The notes under the pieces: generated by a model | Database searches by the model: none | The model's input: the letters and a program-made list of their open reading frames with translations, nothing else | Told to the model about the DNA's origin: nothing | Translations under genes and position numbers: made by a program | In this document: piece after piece, positions 24,260 to 36,982 of the stretch | How the letters are laid out: each line of letters starts with the position of its first letter | Numbering within the stretch: position 1 is the first letter of the stretch | From: Octopus sinensis | Taxonomy: Eukaryota | Direction: 5' to 3' | NCBI RefSeq assembly: GCF_006345805.1 | Contig: NW_021831848.1 | Span: 1-43,549, forward strand | Length of the DNA: 43,549 bases

Positions 24260-24610
24260 TCGATCTCAATTCATGGTGCAACATTTTCTTTATTTCTCAA
24301 CCACCATCATTCTCTCCAAACACAACCACCACTCTTTCTATGTAACCGACTCCTTCACCAGCACCTCTACCAATTTCAGTTGCTCTTTATAACGTTACTT
24401 CTGAAACTCACTTATATCGGACAGATCAAACGACGCTTGTCTGATCAAGTCACAAACACTTGCATGCCTTCAACATTACTCTCCTATTGCACGCTATTTC
24501 TGCTTTGTGGACTTCGCCATGAAGCATTTTTCTGCGTTTGCTGCAACTCTGTACAGCAGTTTCCCAGACTCTCGTCACCAACGCGACTTTTTATCTCAAT
24601 GAACTAATCC
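24260..24610 (+). pseudogene. Penelope-like GIY-YIG endonuclease remnant
   Basis: HSFYVTDSFTSTSTN (FTCxSxN motif) followed, after a frameshift, by TYIGQIKRRLSD (YIGxTxRxLxxR). Confidence 0.72.
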
Positions 24611-24974
24611 ACTACACTCTTTCTTTTTAATACGCACTCCATCACCCACACACCCACAAAACACGCACGCACACATTGCTAGAAACCATATCATACAGAT
24701 ATTGTGGGGATGGGTATTTCAGTTAATTATAGTTTATAACAGCGCAAAATATTGATGTAACAAAATGACCAGATCTCAGAATAGAAAACTGGTGATGCTT
24801 TGGTGTTGGTTTGGGTTGACAGAGATAAGTATTTAGATAGACTGATCGATTGATCGAATGATTGATTGACTGATCGATCGTAATAGATAGATTGATAGAC
24901 CAAATACTTATATGTGTGTGTGTATGTATGTGTGTGTGTGCATATACATATACATATATATATATACATACACA

Positions 24975-25105
24975 TACACACACATATAAATATGGTTGGC
25001 CCGAAGTTATAATAGAAGACACTTGCTGAGGGTGCCACGTTAGTGGGACTGAACCCGGAACCATGTGGTTGGGAAGCAAGCTTCTTACCACACAGTCACG
25101 CCTAT
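24975..25105 (-). mobile_element. Family-2 SINE 5' part
   Basis: Minus: GGCGTGACTGTGTGGTAAGAAGCTTGCTTCCCAACCACATGGTTCCGGGTTCAGTCCCAC. Confidence 0.8.
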
Positions 25106-25112
25106 GTATATA

Positions 25113-25485
25113 TCAGGTCATCCCATAAGTTCTGTCCGAATTTTGAATATGCTATATTTAATTTAAATTTAATCATCAATGTACTCTCCATGATTATATA
25201 AGACTTCCTTCCATCTATTTACAAGCTTTTTAATCCCATCAATGTAAAACTCTTTTGGTTTCAAAGCGAAGAACTCTGAAATGTCAGTTTCGACCTCTTC
25301 TTGGTTTGCGAAAGTTATGTCCCCCAATATTTTAATTCTATTATACTGTAAAATAATATTTAATTAGTTTAAATGTACACAAATGCATAAAAATACTTTT
25401 TAATTTTTAATAGTAAAATACTATTAAATTTCATTCAATTTTAAAAAAGGTAAAATCGTCGGACAGAACTTATGGGATGACCTGA
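25113..25485 (-). mobile_element. Internally deleted mariner (MITE-sized)
   Basis: Perfect 27-bp TIR TCAGGTCATCCCATAAGTTCTGTCCGA, TA duplications. Minus translation TFANQEEVETDISEFFALKPKEFYIDGIKKLVNRWKEVLYNHGEYIDD. Confidence 0.92.
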
Positions 25486-26011
25486 TATATCTTTCCGTCT
25501 GTCTACATAAATAAATATTTACATTTGAACCAATAACATCTCTGTTAGCATTTTGTTTTGTTATATTTTCTCACATTCACATAAACCACCTTTAACTTCT
25601 ACGCCCCCATACAATATAAACGCCATGCCTGTGATACAGAACGCATTACGTGAGTGTATGCGTAATATATAGAACATACATACATATATTTATATACATA
25701 TGTATATGTGTGTGTACAATATGTACTCCGGTGTTTGTGAGAGAAAGAATGAAAGATTGTAGGAGGAATGTAGCAGAGAAGGAGATGGGAAAAAAACAGA
25801 GAAAGTAAAAGAGAAAGAGAGAGAAACGGAAAGAAGGGCTAAAAGCAGATGAGGGCAACCAGATTACAAGATATCCGTTAGAAAGTTTAGCTGAGGTTCA
25901 TTCTATGTTCAGAGGAAAATGGAGATATCTAAAAGGGACAGGCAATATTCGAAGAAACAGGTAGATAAGCATTGTAATTAGGGGTGAAAATATTTACATA
26001 AACATTCTTAC

Positions 26012-26049
<38 letters not shown>

Positions 26050-26146
26050 TGGTGTGTGTGATGGTTCTAAGGTGTAGGTACAGGAGGTGGTCAAACTCTG
26101 TATAAGGAGTAGACACTACCAATATATATATATATATATATACATG

Positions 26147-26198
<52 letters not shown>

Positions 26199-26554
26199 TG
26201 TACATGAATATACGTATGTGTGTGTATGTATGTATCTGTCTATCTATGTAAGTCCAATGACTTAAGCCAGAATGTTATAGTTATCCACTATAAAAAAAAA
26301 TGAAAGAATATGCAAATACCACACACGCGTGCGCGCGCGCATGCACTCACATCCATTTGCAAAAACATCTGCTCATAATATCTGACAAATCTAAAGTCAT
26401 TTATAATTTTATCCATCTTAAATTTTCTTCTTTTTAACCGGAAGCCACCATAGAAAATATGAATTGAGAACAAAACACCGGAAGTTATTGCCGCAAAAAG
26501 GACACACACACACACCATACAAGCATGCATAAATATATATACACACACACACAC

Positions 26555-26707
26555 TCATATATATATATATATATATATGCATGTATGTATGTATGTATGT
26601 ATGTATGTGTGTATGAATGCATGTGTGTATGTATGTATGTGTGTATGTATGTATGCATCTGTGTAGGTATGTGTGTATGTGTGTATGTGTGTATGTATGT
26701 GTGTATG

Positions 26708-26738
<31 letters not shown>

Positions 26739-27015
26739 GTATGTATGCATGTATGTATGTATGTATGTATGCATGTATGTATGTATGTATGTATGTGTGT
26801 ATGTATGTATGCATCTGTGTAGGTATGTGTGTATGTGTGTATGTGTGTATGTATGTGTGTATGTATGTATGTATGTATGTATGTAGTATGTAAGTATGTA
26901 TGCATGTATGTATGTATGTATGTATGCATGTATGTATGTATTGTATGTATGTATGTATGTATGTGTGTATGTATGTATGCACCTGTGTATGTATGTGTGT
27001 ATGTATGTATGTATA
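26555..27015 (+). repeat. (TATG)n compound microsatellite
   Basis: TATG array with an internal duplicated block GCATCTGTGTAGGTATG. Confidence 0.9.
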
Positions 27016-27329
27016 AACTATCCATATGACAGGTTAGTGGGTCTCTGTCAAAAGTTTTCAACCTTTTAGCGGAAATCCTCATCGCTGGATAATAAATTCA
27101 TTGTAATACTCGACCTGCGCTCCTTGTGTTAAATCACTTCCTCTAACCAATACATGCAAAAGTAACTTTAAAATAGTTATTTCTGGAACCTGTTTAATTT
27201 TTCACTACTTTGTTTTGTTTTTGAATTGGAATTTTCCTCTATTATTAAATAGAATTTTCAATGCATTTTAAAGAATATTCGTATAGATAACTGGAGAGAA
27301 ATGGTGGTGGGATTCCAATGAACTTTATA

Positions 27330-27965
27330 CTAGGCTTCTTTGAATTGCTTCGAGTTCTGCTGTTAGCTTTATATTGTGTGGTGACCACAGTTGGGAGCAG
27401 TAGTCCAAGCGGCTGAGGACGAAAGTTTTCCACAGGACCATCAGTGTCTCCTTCTCTTTTGTTCTGAAAGTTCGGAGAATCCATCCAGCTAGCCGTCTGC
27501 ATTTTATCACCAAATTAGTAATATGCACTTGGAAATATGCATCATTGCTCATGTCAATGTCCAGGTCATGCACTGATTTTGACTCAGGGATTACAATTCT
27601 TCCCGGCCAGTGTATCCAGTCTGCATGTCGTTTACCTTTGTGTGCCGGTAGCGCAGGGTCTGGAACTTACCTGCATTAAACTGCATGTTGTTGTCCTCAG
27701 CCCACCTGTATATTGTATCCAACTCCTGTTGCAGATGTGCAATATTTCCAGGATTTTGTATTGTGTGGGAGACTTTTGTGCCATCTGCATAGCTAGCAAG
27801 GGTGGCCATCTTAGCAACAGAGGCATGCTGAAAGGGCCACTATGAACAGCAGTGCCCACCAAGACATGGCCCTGTGGAACACCGCTTGTTATTTGTGTTT
27901 CCTTGGAGGTGGCTCCATTGGCCACAACTGCCTGCCTTCTCTTTTAGGATGTTTTGTGCAGCACT
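27330..27965 (-). pseudogene. CR1/L2-group LINE reverse transcriptase remnant
   Basis: ITSGVPQG, SYADGTK (YADD), MQFNAGKF, AGWILRTF, SRLDYCSQLWSP, with frameshifts. Confidence 0.88.
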
Positions 27966-28084
27966 CTCCAGTTTTCTCACCTATATATATATATATACAT
28001 ACATACATACATAGCCATATATATATTCATATATAATATATTATATATATATATATACACATGCAACATACATAATATATATAT

Positions 28085-28120
<36 letters not shown>

Positions 28121-28374
28121 ACAGATTAAAAGGTGGCTTATTAGCAATTAGAACTTAAAGGCAAAATTAATAGAGGTCACAAAAGTGACGGGTGCTGACT
28201 AGCACTGCTTATGCTAAAACAAGAATTAAATTAATTTCATATCGACTAAAGCATTATATTTTTAATTTATTGTTTTCACTTTTACCGTTTTGAAAATCAG
28301 GACATGTTTCCTGCGGTTTCTTTTTTTTTTTATAAGATTGACAAAGAAAGTTGAGTTTAACCTTAGGCGATAAG

Positions 28375-28520
28375 AGTTGCTGATGAGAATTAAGGTGGTC
28401 TACACCAAAATTCGAACTATCTCTATAAGGCTGTGCTTTCCGTATTATATCCCATTTAAGGCTAAATTCGATCCCGCTTTCCTTCAGTTCTCAAATCTTG
28501 CTAGATAAGGACGTACAACT
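28375..28520 (+). ncRNA. Degenerate type-I hammerhead with long stem-III region
   Basis: AGTTG-CTGATGA(28380-86)-GAATT..GGTG/CACC..AATTC-GAA...~95 nt...GTA|CAACT. Stems I and II pair well, but the 5' side of stem III is damaged. Confidence 0.5.
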
Positions 28521-28659
28521 GGCTTTATGTGTGAGTCTAAAAGATGAAAAATGATTATTGATACGTTTTTTCATATTTATCGAACATCCTATATATATAT
28601 AAAGTTACCAGCCTGAATTATGATTGTACATTTATAAATCATGTATATATATATAATCA

Positions 28660-31654
28660 AGTCCTACCTCTGGTCGCATGCTGTAGTGCTGACAGGGAAA
28701 GTGAAGTGAGGGCAAATCGAAGTGAAGTTGATACCCCCGTCAACGATGCTATCTCTGATACCCCTTATTCTGCTTGTTCCCCAACTCCCGCCCCTCAAAC
28801 TTCACAGCTCAGCATTGTCTATACCAACTCGTGCTCCTTATTCCCAAAGTTCAGCGAACTATTTACACTGGCCATACGTGACTCCCCTGATGTGATAGCT
28901 ATCACCGAGACTTGGCTGACTCCAGCAGTAAAGGACTCAGAAATCCACCTACAGGGCTACGTCCTTTTCAGATGTGACAGAGAAAAAAGGCGAGGTGGAG
29001 GTGTTGCTGTGTATGTCAAATCTGAGCACAAACCGTCCAGCGGTATTCTACCCCTAATGCTCAACCTACAACAAAAATTCGATGCCGTCTATTGCAAGCT
29101 GAGCCTATCCGAGTTTTGCCTGCCCGTGTTGCTGTCTACAGGCCGCCTCTGCCGACCCCCAGGACGATGCTCATTTACTCGAAGCGATAAGATTCGTTTC
29201 AGCTTCGAATGACTGTTTGGTACTAGGAGACTTCAACGCTCCCACGATCGATTGGCCCGCATCAATTGTACAACATCTTCCCGGTTCGGCCAGGCCCTTC
29301 TTGACGTGGCTGAAGATTGTTTTCTATCGCAACATGTTGAATATCCGACAAGGCATCGGTCTGGGCAGCAGCCATCTATGCTGGATCTGGTATTCTCCCC
29401 GCTATCCAAGATCAGTGTCAGACGTATCTGTGTGCGCCCCTCTTGCCAAGAGTGATCATGCGGTCCTGAAGTTCGTCATGCACACAACTTTTTCTACGCC
29501 CACGACTACTTCGCTGCCACGTAGAGTCTTCTCTGCAATTAATCTTGAAATTCTAACCGAGGCTTCCGCGCTTCTGGACTGGCGATCCCTGATGACGTTG
29601 TCCTCAGTTGACGAACTATGGTCATCCCTCAAAGCATATGTAATCTGGTTGACTGACCAGGCAGTTCCCGTTGGGCTTCCCAGAAGAAGAAACACAAGCC
29701 CTGGGTGACGAAGAAGGTTAAACGAGAACGTCGACTCAGAGATATTGCTTGGCTGAATTCAAAAATCTGGATTCGACTGCAGCTTTGAGGTGTACACAAC
29801 TCAACGAGACCGAGCCGTGAAAATTGAAAAGGAAGAACGCTTCAGTTATGAATACAAAATCGCGGCAAATGCCAGTAGCAATCCAAAACCTTCTTTGCCC
29901 ATGTCCAGCGGAATTCCCGCTTGAACAACCAGATTGCAACGTTGGTAGACTCAACAGGCGTATCGATTGAGGACCCTTATCAACAGAGTCAATTATTTGC
30001 CGAGGCTTTTTCAACTATTTTCAAACAAGATGATGGTCGTGAACCCCCTCCATTTGATAGATCGGTACCTCCAATGCCTAGATTGGTCATCACGCGGGAC
30101 GAAGTCAAACGTGTTATTCAAGGCCTCGATGTCAACAAGGATCACGGCCCTGACGGCATACACCCACGGGTTATCAAAGCGTTGGCTCTGGTCATCTGCG
30201 AGCCCTTAACACGTCTATTCAATATGTCATTGGCGACGGGTGTTATACCCGCGGACTGGAAAACAGCGATAATCTGCCCAATTTTCAAGAAAGGGAGCCG
30301 CGAACACCCGCTTAACTACCGACCGGTTTCCCTTACATCAATAATCAGCAAGATGTTCGAAACCATCCTTAAGAAAAGTATGATGCTCCACCTCCAAAAC
30401 ACAGCCTCTATCTCTGATTCCCAACAACACGCTTCGTGCCGAAGAGATCATGCTTGACCACTTACTGGTAATGGAAGAATTAGTGACGCGCATCCTCCTC
30501 GATGATAGTGATGCTGTTGACATCGTTTTATTGGACTTTGCCAAAGCTTTTGACTCGGTAAACCACCGCCTATTACTTGTCAAGCTTCAAGCATATAGTT
30601 TCCATCCGGATATTGTACGTTGGGTTGTGCCTTCCTCTCAGATCGCTCCTTCCAAGTCCAAGTTAATGGTTCGCGGTCCGACGTCTCCAGTGCGAGCAGT
30701 GGCGTGCCTCAAGGTTCAGTGCTTGGGCCCTTATTGTTCTTAGTCTTCATAAATGACTTGCCCGACGACCTCACGCAACACACCCTTCTATTTGCCGACG
30801 ATATCAAACTGGTCGCTCCTCGCGGTGATATAGAGGATCTTCGTCGATGCCTCCACCAAATTTGGAAGTGGTCTAACGAATGGGACCTGTGTCTGAACGT
30901 GTCAAAGTGCTGTCATCTGCCTGTTGGCTCTCCTCCTGCAACTCAACTTGATTTCGAGCCGGGTCGTCTGCTGCTGGAGAGGACCGATCAGGAAAGGACC
31001 TGGGTATCTTGGTGGATTCCTCCTTTTCGCCTTCGGCCCAGTGCGTCCATGCTGCCAACAAAGCACGCGGAATTCTGTTCTTGATTCGACGGTCTTTCGG
31101 AATGCTCACAGCAGCCATATTCCTACCACTCTATGTCACGCTGGTGAGACCCATATTGGAGTACGGGATTCAAGCCTCTTCTCCTTATCTCCTCAAAGAC
31201 ACACAGCATCTTGAAAGAGTCCAGAAGCTGGCTACCCGCATGGTTCATGGTCTCAAAAATTTGTCCTATGAAGAAAGGCTGAGGACGCTCGACCTTTATT
31301 CTCTTGAAAAACGCCGCCGCCATGGTGATCTCATTCTCGCCCACAACATCATAAGCGGAAAGTGTAACCTCTCGAAAGAGCTGTTCTTCACTCCTGCTCC
31401 AGAGCGTCGGCTGCGGGGTCATTCCGAAAAGCTCTACCTGCGACGATTTCATCTCAATCGAAGGAGAGGAGCTTTCTCCGTCCGGGTTGCGGATCCGTGG
31501 AACAAGCTGCCAGACGTGATGGTGAAGATGCCGACGACCGCTTTGTTCAAAGCCTCCCTTGACCTCAAGTGGCCTGAACTCTTTACATGAACACCACCCT
31601 GTACTTAACTCCATGTCCCCCTACATGGCCTTGCTATTTGCTTTTGAGCCAAAT

Positions 31655-31667
<13 letters not shown>
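28660..31667 (+). mobile_element. CR1-group LINE, near-complete ORF2 (APE endonuclease + RT), frameshifted
   Basis: YTNSCSL, IAITETWL, GGGVAVYV, LGDFN, SDH, GPDGI, NYRPVSLTS, LDFAKAFDSV, GVPQGSVLGPLLF, FADD, stop at 31590, (TAAC)3 tail. Embedded in (TA)n. Confidence 0.93.
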
Positions 31668-31686
<19 letters not shown>

Positions 31687-31789
31687 ATATTATATTATAT
31701 AGATATATATATATATATTATATATATATATATATATCTTATATATAATATATATATATCTTATATACATATATATATTATATATATTA

Positions 31790-31944
31790 TACGACGGATT
31801 TCTTTCAGTTTCCGTCTACCAGATCCACTCACAAGCAAGGGTTTGGTCGGCCCAAACTATAGTGAAGACACTTGCCAATGTGCACGCAGTGAGACTGAAC
31901 TCGAAAACTACGTGATTGGTAAGCAGCTATTTACCACACACAGC

Positions 31945-31947
<3 letters not shown>
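31790..31947 (-). mobile_element. Family-2 SINE 5' part
   Basis: Minus: GTGGCTGTGTGGTAAATAGCTGCTTACCAATCAC...GAGTGGATCTGGTAGACGGAAACTGAAAGAA. Confidence 0.78.
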
Positions 31948-32022
<75 letters not shown>

Positions 32023-32267
32023 ATTCAGTTGAATTAGCTACTTAAGTTGAGACACCAACCGCGTTAGGTCGGAATAATATACACACAACAGTATTATGTA
32101 AATATCCACTTTGGTACAGAAGTACCGACAGAATGGTATTCTTGTAGTGCATGGAGATAATTAGACCCACCTGAGTATATAATCCACTCTTGAACTATTC
32201 AGACATGTACATTGTATTAAATATACAGCCCATAATATACTTCAGAATTTGCAAAGGGTAAATTAAT

Positions 32268-32306
<39 letters not shown>

Positions 32307-32426
32307 TTTGTGTGTGTGTGTGTGTGTTGTGTGTGTGTGTGTATGTGTGTGTGTGTGTTGTGTGTGTGTGCGTGCGTGCGTGTGTGTGTGTGTGTGTGTT
32401 GTGTGTGGTGGTGTGTGCGTGCGTGC

Positions 32427-32477
<51 letters not shown>

Positions 32478-32480
<3 letters not shown>

Positions 32481-32660
32481 ATGAAATTTATAGGAAAACA
32501 AAAGACGAAGACAAGTGTATGAACAACAATCCAGTGTATTAGTTTGACGTTCGGGTAAAATGAAAAAAGTATTTTTACGTTTCGAGCCTGCGCTCTTCCA
32601 CAGAAAGGAATAAGAGAAAATAAACAGAGTGAGAATGAAAAAACTTGAAGATTTCGGTGT
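32478..32660 (-). mobile_element. PLE-like terminal fragment, HHR family B
   Basis: HHR-like motif at 32572-32607, minus: CTTT-CTGTGGA-A-GAGC gcag GCTC-GAAA-CG-TA|AAAA. 3' end abuts (CA)n. Confidence 0.72.
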
Positions 32661-32889
32661 GTGCGTGTGTGTATATATACACGCGCACGCGCGCGGAACA
32701 TTTACGGCATTAGATATCAATCACAGGCCTCTGACAGCCTGCAAAGGTAAGGCCGTGGACACTGCTCCTTCCTCCAAATTCCTTCCTCAGGACACTGTTC
32801 CTGCCTCATCAAATAGTTCTGATGCGCCACACAATATTTTACATTTCCTTGCGTTTATTATCCTACATTACTCAACCAACATTGCACCA

Positions 32890-33720
32890 CATTAATCCCC
32901 TTACATTGATCGCTCTTCTTAAAACTACTTTAATCATACTACATTAATCATCCAGCATTGATCACCGACATGAATCACCCTACATTAATCATTCTTCATT
33001 AATCATCCTACATATTAATCACGCTCATTACCCTTCAGTAGTCATCCTTCATTATCCTATATTAATCACACAGCCATACATTAATCACACTACAGTAATC
33101 ACACAACATTAATCATCCTACATTAGTTACCCTACATTAATCGCCCTACATTAATCACACAACATTAATCATCCTACATTAATCATCCTACATTAGTTAC
33201 CCTACATATATCACCCTACATTAATCACACGACATTAATCATCCTACATTAATCATCCTACATTAGTTACCCTACATTAATCGCCCTACATTAATCACAC
33301 AACATTATTCATCCTACATTAATCATCCTACATTAGTTACCCTACATTAATCACACTACATTAATCACACAACATTAATCATCCTACATTAATCATCCTA
33401 CATTAGTTACCCTACATTAATCACACTACATTAATCACACAACATTAATCATCCTACATTAATCATCCTACATTAGTTACCCTACATATATCACCCTACA
33501 TTAATCACACGACATTAATCATCCTACATTAATCATCCTACATTAGTTACCCTACATTAATCGCCTTACATTAATCATCGTACGTCATCCTTCTTTAATC
33601 GCCTTTCAATACCCTACATTACGTCACATTAGCTACTCTTCAATGTCCCACGTTAATCACTCTTTTTCACGATTCATTAATCACACTTCATTAATCACCC
33701 TCATTACCCTCCGTTAATTT
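32890..33720 (+). repeat. 14-bp minisatellite CATTAATCATCCTA with 70-bp and 280-bp higher-order structure
   Basis: Five-monomer unit repeated. The variant CATATATCACCCTA recurs at 33205 and 33485. Confidence 0.9.
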
Positions 33721-35164
33721 CCCTACATTACCGTTATCACTTTCCATTTCACCACCCGAAAACAAAACGTTCTCAAGTGATGAAACTCCTTTACATAACA
33801 GTTAAAATAACCACCAGATATTTGTTTACATCATATGGCTATTTTGTCGTTATACTTACTGCTTTTATATGAATATCTATTCATTAATCTTTATTGATAT
33901 ACGGGTATCTATTCATTATGTTACATAAGACCCGCCACGTACCCGACCTGTAATAATGAGATTATATTGTAATTTATTGAATATGCAGATCATGAATTGT
34001 GTTCACCCTTAACTGCTGTTTACTGAATTCAGAATCTGGCTCATAGTTTGACTCCGCCCTTAGCGATATCACATGCCAAACAGCTAAATAATTCATAAAT
34101 CATAGACTCCGCCCTTTATCGGGTATAGTTAGTGTAATTTAATTAAAATCTACCTCTTCTTGTTCAGTATAACTCCACCCTTCATGCAGAGATGCATTTT
34201 TATTTTATTTTTTTGTATAATCCATCTAAAATGTACGGTTAATAGAGAAGACGGCGTGTATATTATGATGACATCATTTCAGGGTGCCGCAATACTGCCA
34301 TAGAACCACGGCCACTACAGCTACCACGGTATTACAACTACAACCACCACAGCATTGCAACTACTCTTGTGTGATCGCTTGAACTACGAGGAATAGCAGT
34401 GAAATACTTCTGAATTACACTTTGCCGTTTTAAACAATGAAGGATGCGCTAGGTAATGCATTCTAAGGAGTTCCTAGGAATGCTTTTGGTTGTAGTTCTT
34501 TTTCGATCAAGATAGGTTTGGGGGTAAACAACAAGAACAATATTATAGTACTTCGCCTCTTCTCAGCGATCTTCCAGTAACAGTAGCAAAGTGCTTCAAA
34601 TTATGTTCTAATGTCTTAAAATGGCGAGGAAAACGCGTTGGATAATGTGGTTCTAGACAAGAAAAAATACAAGCTTTGCATCAGAAATCTGCTTCACGTC
34701 AGCAAAATTCCCTAAAATTACATCAACAACACCATCACCCTCTACACCACCACCAGCAACAATAACAACACTAACACTACGACCAACTGCATCAGCTACT
34801 CCAACAACAACAACAAAAACACCAACAGTACCACCAACAAAATAAGACCTCTTCCTTGAAGCTGCTGGACTTTACTGCAAGACTGTCCATAGGGGACGGC
34901 CTGGATATATAGCTGACCCATTCAGGATCTTTCTTGCGAAAATTTCTAATTAAAGAAACGGATCCCCGTCTCTGACAATCAATGCATGCCATTCAACAGA
35001 TTCGTCCGCGCAACATGTATGTATGGAAAACTGTTCCCTAAATATACAAATTCATGGTCTTGTGCCCTCAACTCCTTACAAACTTTAGACCAGGCGGAGA
35101 CCTTCCTTGTCCCGTCTAACCACAGCCAATTTCTTCCGGAAAAGAAAAAAGCAGAGCGAAAGCA

Positions 35165-35198
35165 GAACGAAAGAAAGAAAGAAAGAAAGAAAGAAGGA

Positions 35199-35265
<67 letters not shown>

Positions 35266-35302
35266 GAGAAAGAAAGGAAGAAAGGAAGGAAGGAAGGAAA
35301 GA

Positions 35303-35333
<31 letters not shown>

Positions 35334-35381
35334 AAAGAAAGAAAGAAAGAAAATAAAGAAAGGAAGGAAGGAAAGAAAGAA

Positions 35382-35413
<32 letters not shown>

Positions 35414-35483
35414 GAGAAAGAAGAAAGAAAGGAAGGAAGGAAAGAAAGCAAGAAAGAAAGAAAGGAAGGAAGGAAGGAAGGAA

Positions 35484-35520
<37 letters not shown>

Positions 35521-35527
35521 GAATGAA

Positions 35528-35558
<31 letters not shown>

Positions 35559-35614
35559 GAAGGAATGAAAAGAAAGGAAGGAAGGAAGGAAGGAAGGAAG
35601 GAAGGAAAGAAAAA

Positions 35615-35653
<39 letters not shown>

Positions 35654-35697
35654 AAAGAAAGAAAGAAAATAAAGAAAGGAAGGAAGGAAAGAAAGAA

Positions 35698-35729
<32 letters not shown>

Positions 35730-35730
35730 A

Positions 35731-35768
<38 letters not shown>

Positions 35769-35805
35769 AGGAATGAAAAGAAAGAAAGAAAGAAAGAAAG
35801 AAAGA
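35165..35805 (+). repeat. (GAAA)/(GGAA) polypurine microsatellite
   Basis: ~640 bp purine tract with an internal duplicated block. Confidence 0.95.
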
Positions 35806-35972
35806 ATCGACCCCAGTACAGAAATACTACTCCAGTAACAGAAATAGATCTCGAAAGAATAAAAAGGCAAGTTGACCTCGGCAGGTTCTCAATTCAGTGA
35901 GCAGAAAGACAATATTGATTATTGCAAGACAATCTATCCGACAATCTCATGACTCAACTAAACTGGCCGCCT
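35806..35972 (-). mobile_element. Degenerate family-1-related SINE
   Basis: ATCGACCCCAGT...AAAGGCAAGTTGACCTCGGCAG...GCCGCCTT matches the reverse complement of family 1. Confidence 0.55.
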
Positions 35973-36490
35973 TTATAAATGTATTTATACAAATATATAT
36001 ATTTGCAAAATTATAAATGTGAATTTTAGAGTTGCTATTTTAAAACTGTTGATAGCAAGAGAATTCTTGCCGACATTGGAGAGAAGGGCGCAGTAAATTT
36101 ATTCTAGAATTAGTTTAAGTAATGTTAATTTTTTGTGGGGTTGTTATTTTAAAAGTGATTTTAAAGAAAGCCACAGAATATTTACAAATGGAGTGACAAT
36201 GGCGTAGTGTGGGTTTTGGCTCCCCTGCGTGGAAGCCAAATTGGTGGCACCCTTCTTTAAATGTAACATACTTTCAACACACGTATATGAAATGGTTGCC
36301 TTGTGCGGGTTACGCACCCAACACTCCACCACTTTAAAGAGACTCAATAATAGGATTGCAGCCAGTCGTCATACACTAAAAAGTAAGGCTTGGTAACATG
36401 TGCTATGCATTTGCTAATTGTTCTAGGTACCTATGTAGTCGCCAGTAGACATACACTCACACTCTCGGTCCCTTTACTCTTGCTCTTGAA

Positions 36491-36742
36491 CAATGGTTCT
36501 CAACTATTTTCGCTTGTGAACCCCTTTGATTCCAGTTTTGCCCTGCTGGATGCCATTCAGTGTTTTAAAAATTCCTGTTAGATTTTTATAATTAAATATT
36601 ATTAGAAATTGTATTTTAAAAAATTCCTAAAATATTTTGTTTATTTCAGAAGTATGAGTCATTTATTGCACAACAAAATCTTTAACAACAAAATCTTATC
36701 TGGACCCTCGAGCCACATATGGACCCCGCTTGAGAACTACTG
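36491..36742. mobile_element. hAT (Charlie-like) non-autonomous element
   Basis: Termini CAATGGTTCTCAA / TTGAGAACTACTG. 8-bp TSD not preserved. Confidence 0.6.
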
Positions 36743-36982
36743 ATGCAAAGAGAGAGAGGAAGTAAGTAGACAGACAGACAAATGGCAGCACCTACAGCAG
36801 TCAGGTCCTCATTTTCAGTCGAATAAACTGGAGCGACATGAATTGAAGTGCATTGTTCAAAGACACAACAGGTCATCCAGTCTAGGAACTGAACCTACTT
36901 TCTAACGATCATGACATGAACACCCTAACTACTTGACCACAAGCCATCAGTCACTTATTGTAGAATCAAATTTATTATAGAA

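Noticed and set aside
23602-24345. 247-aa ORF as a functional gene
   Set aside because: The upstream part of the transposase has stop codons, the catalytic C-terminus is missing, and the ORF tail is read-through into a PLE remnant.
35070-35145. Minus-strand RNWLWLDGT peptide (lectin-like) as an exon
   Set aside because: There is no canonical YAG acceptor in the given sequence, and the similarity is too short to support a call.
34986-35870. 228-aa KERK-rich and 261-aa FLSF-rich ORFs
   Set aside because: Products of the (GAAA)n tract, which lacks stop codons.
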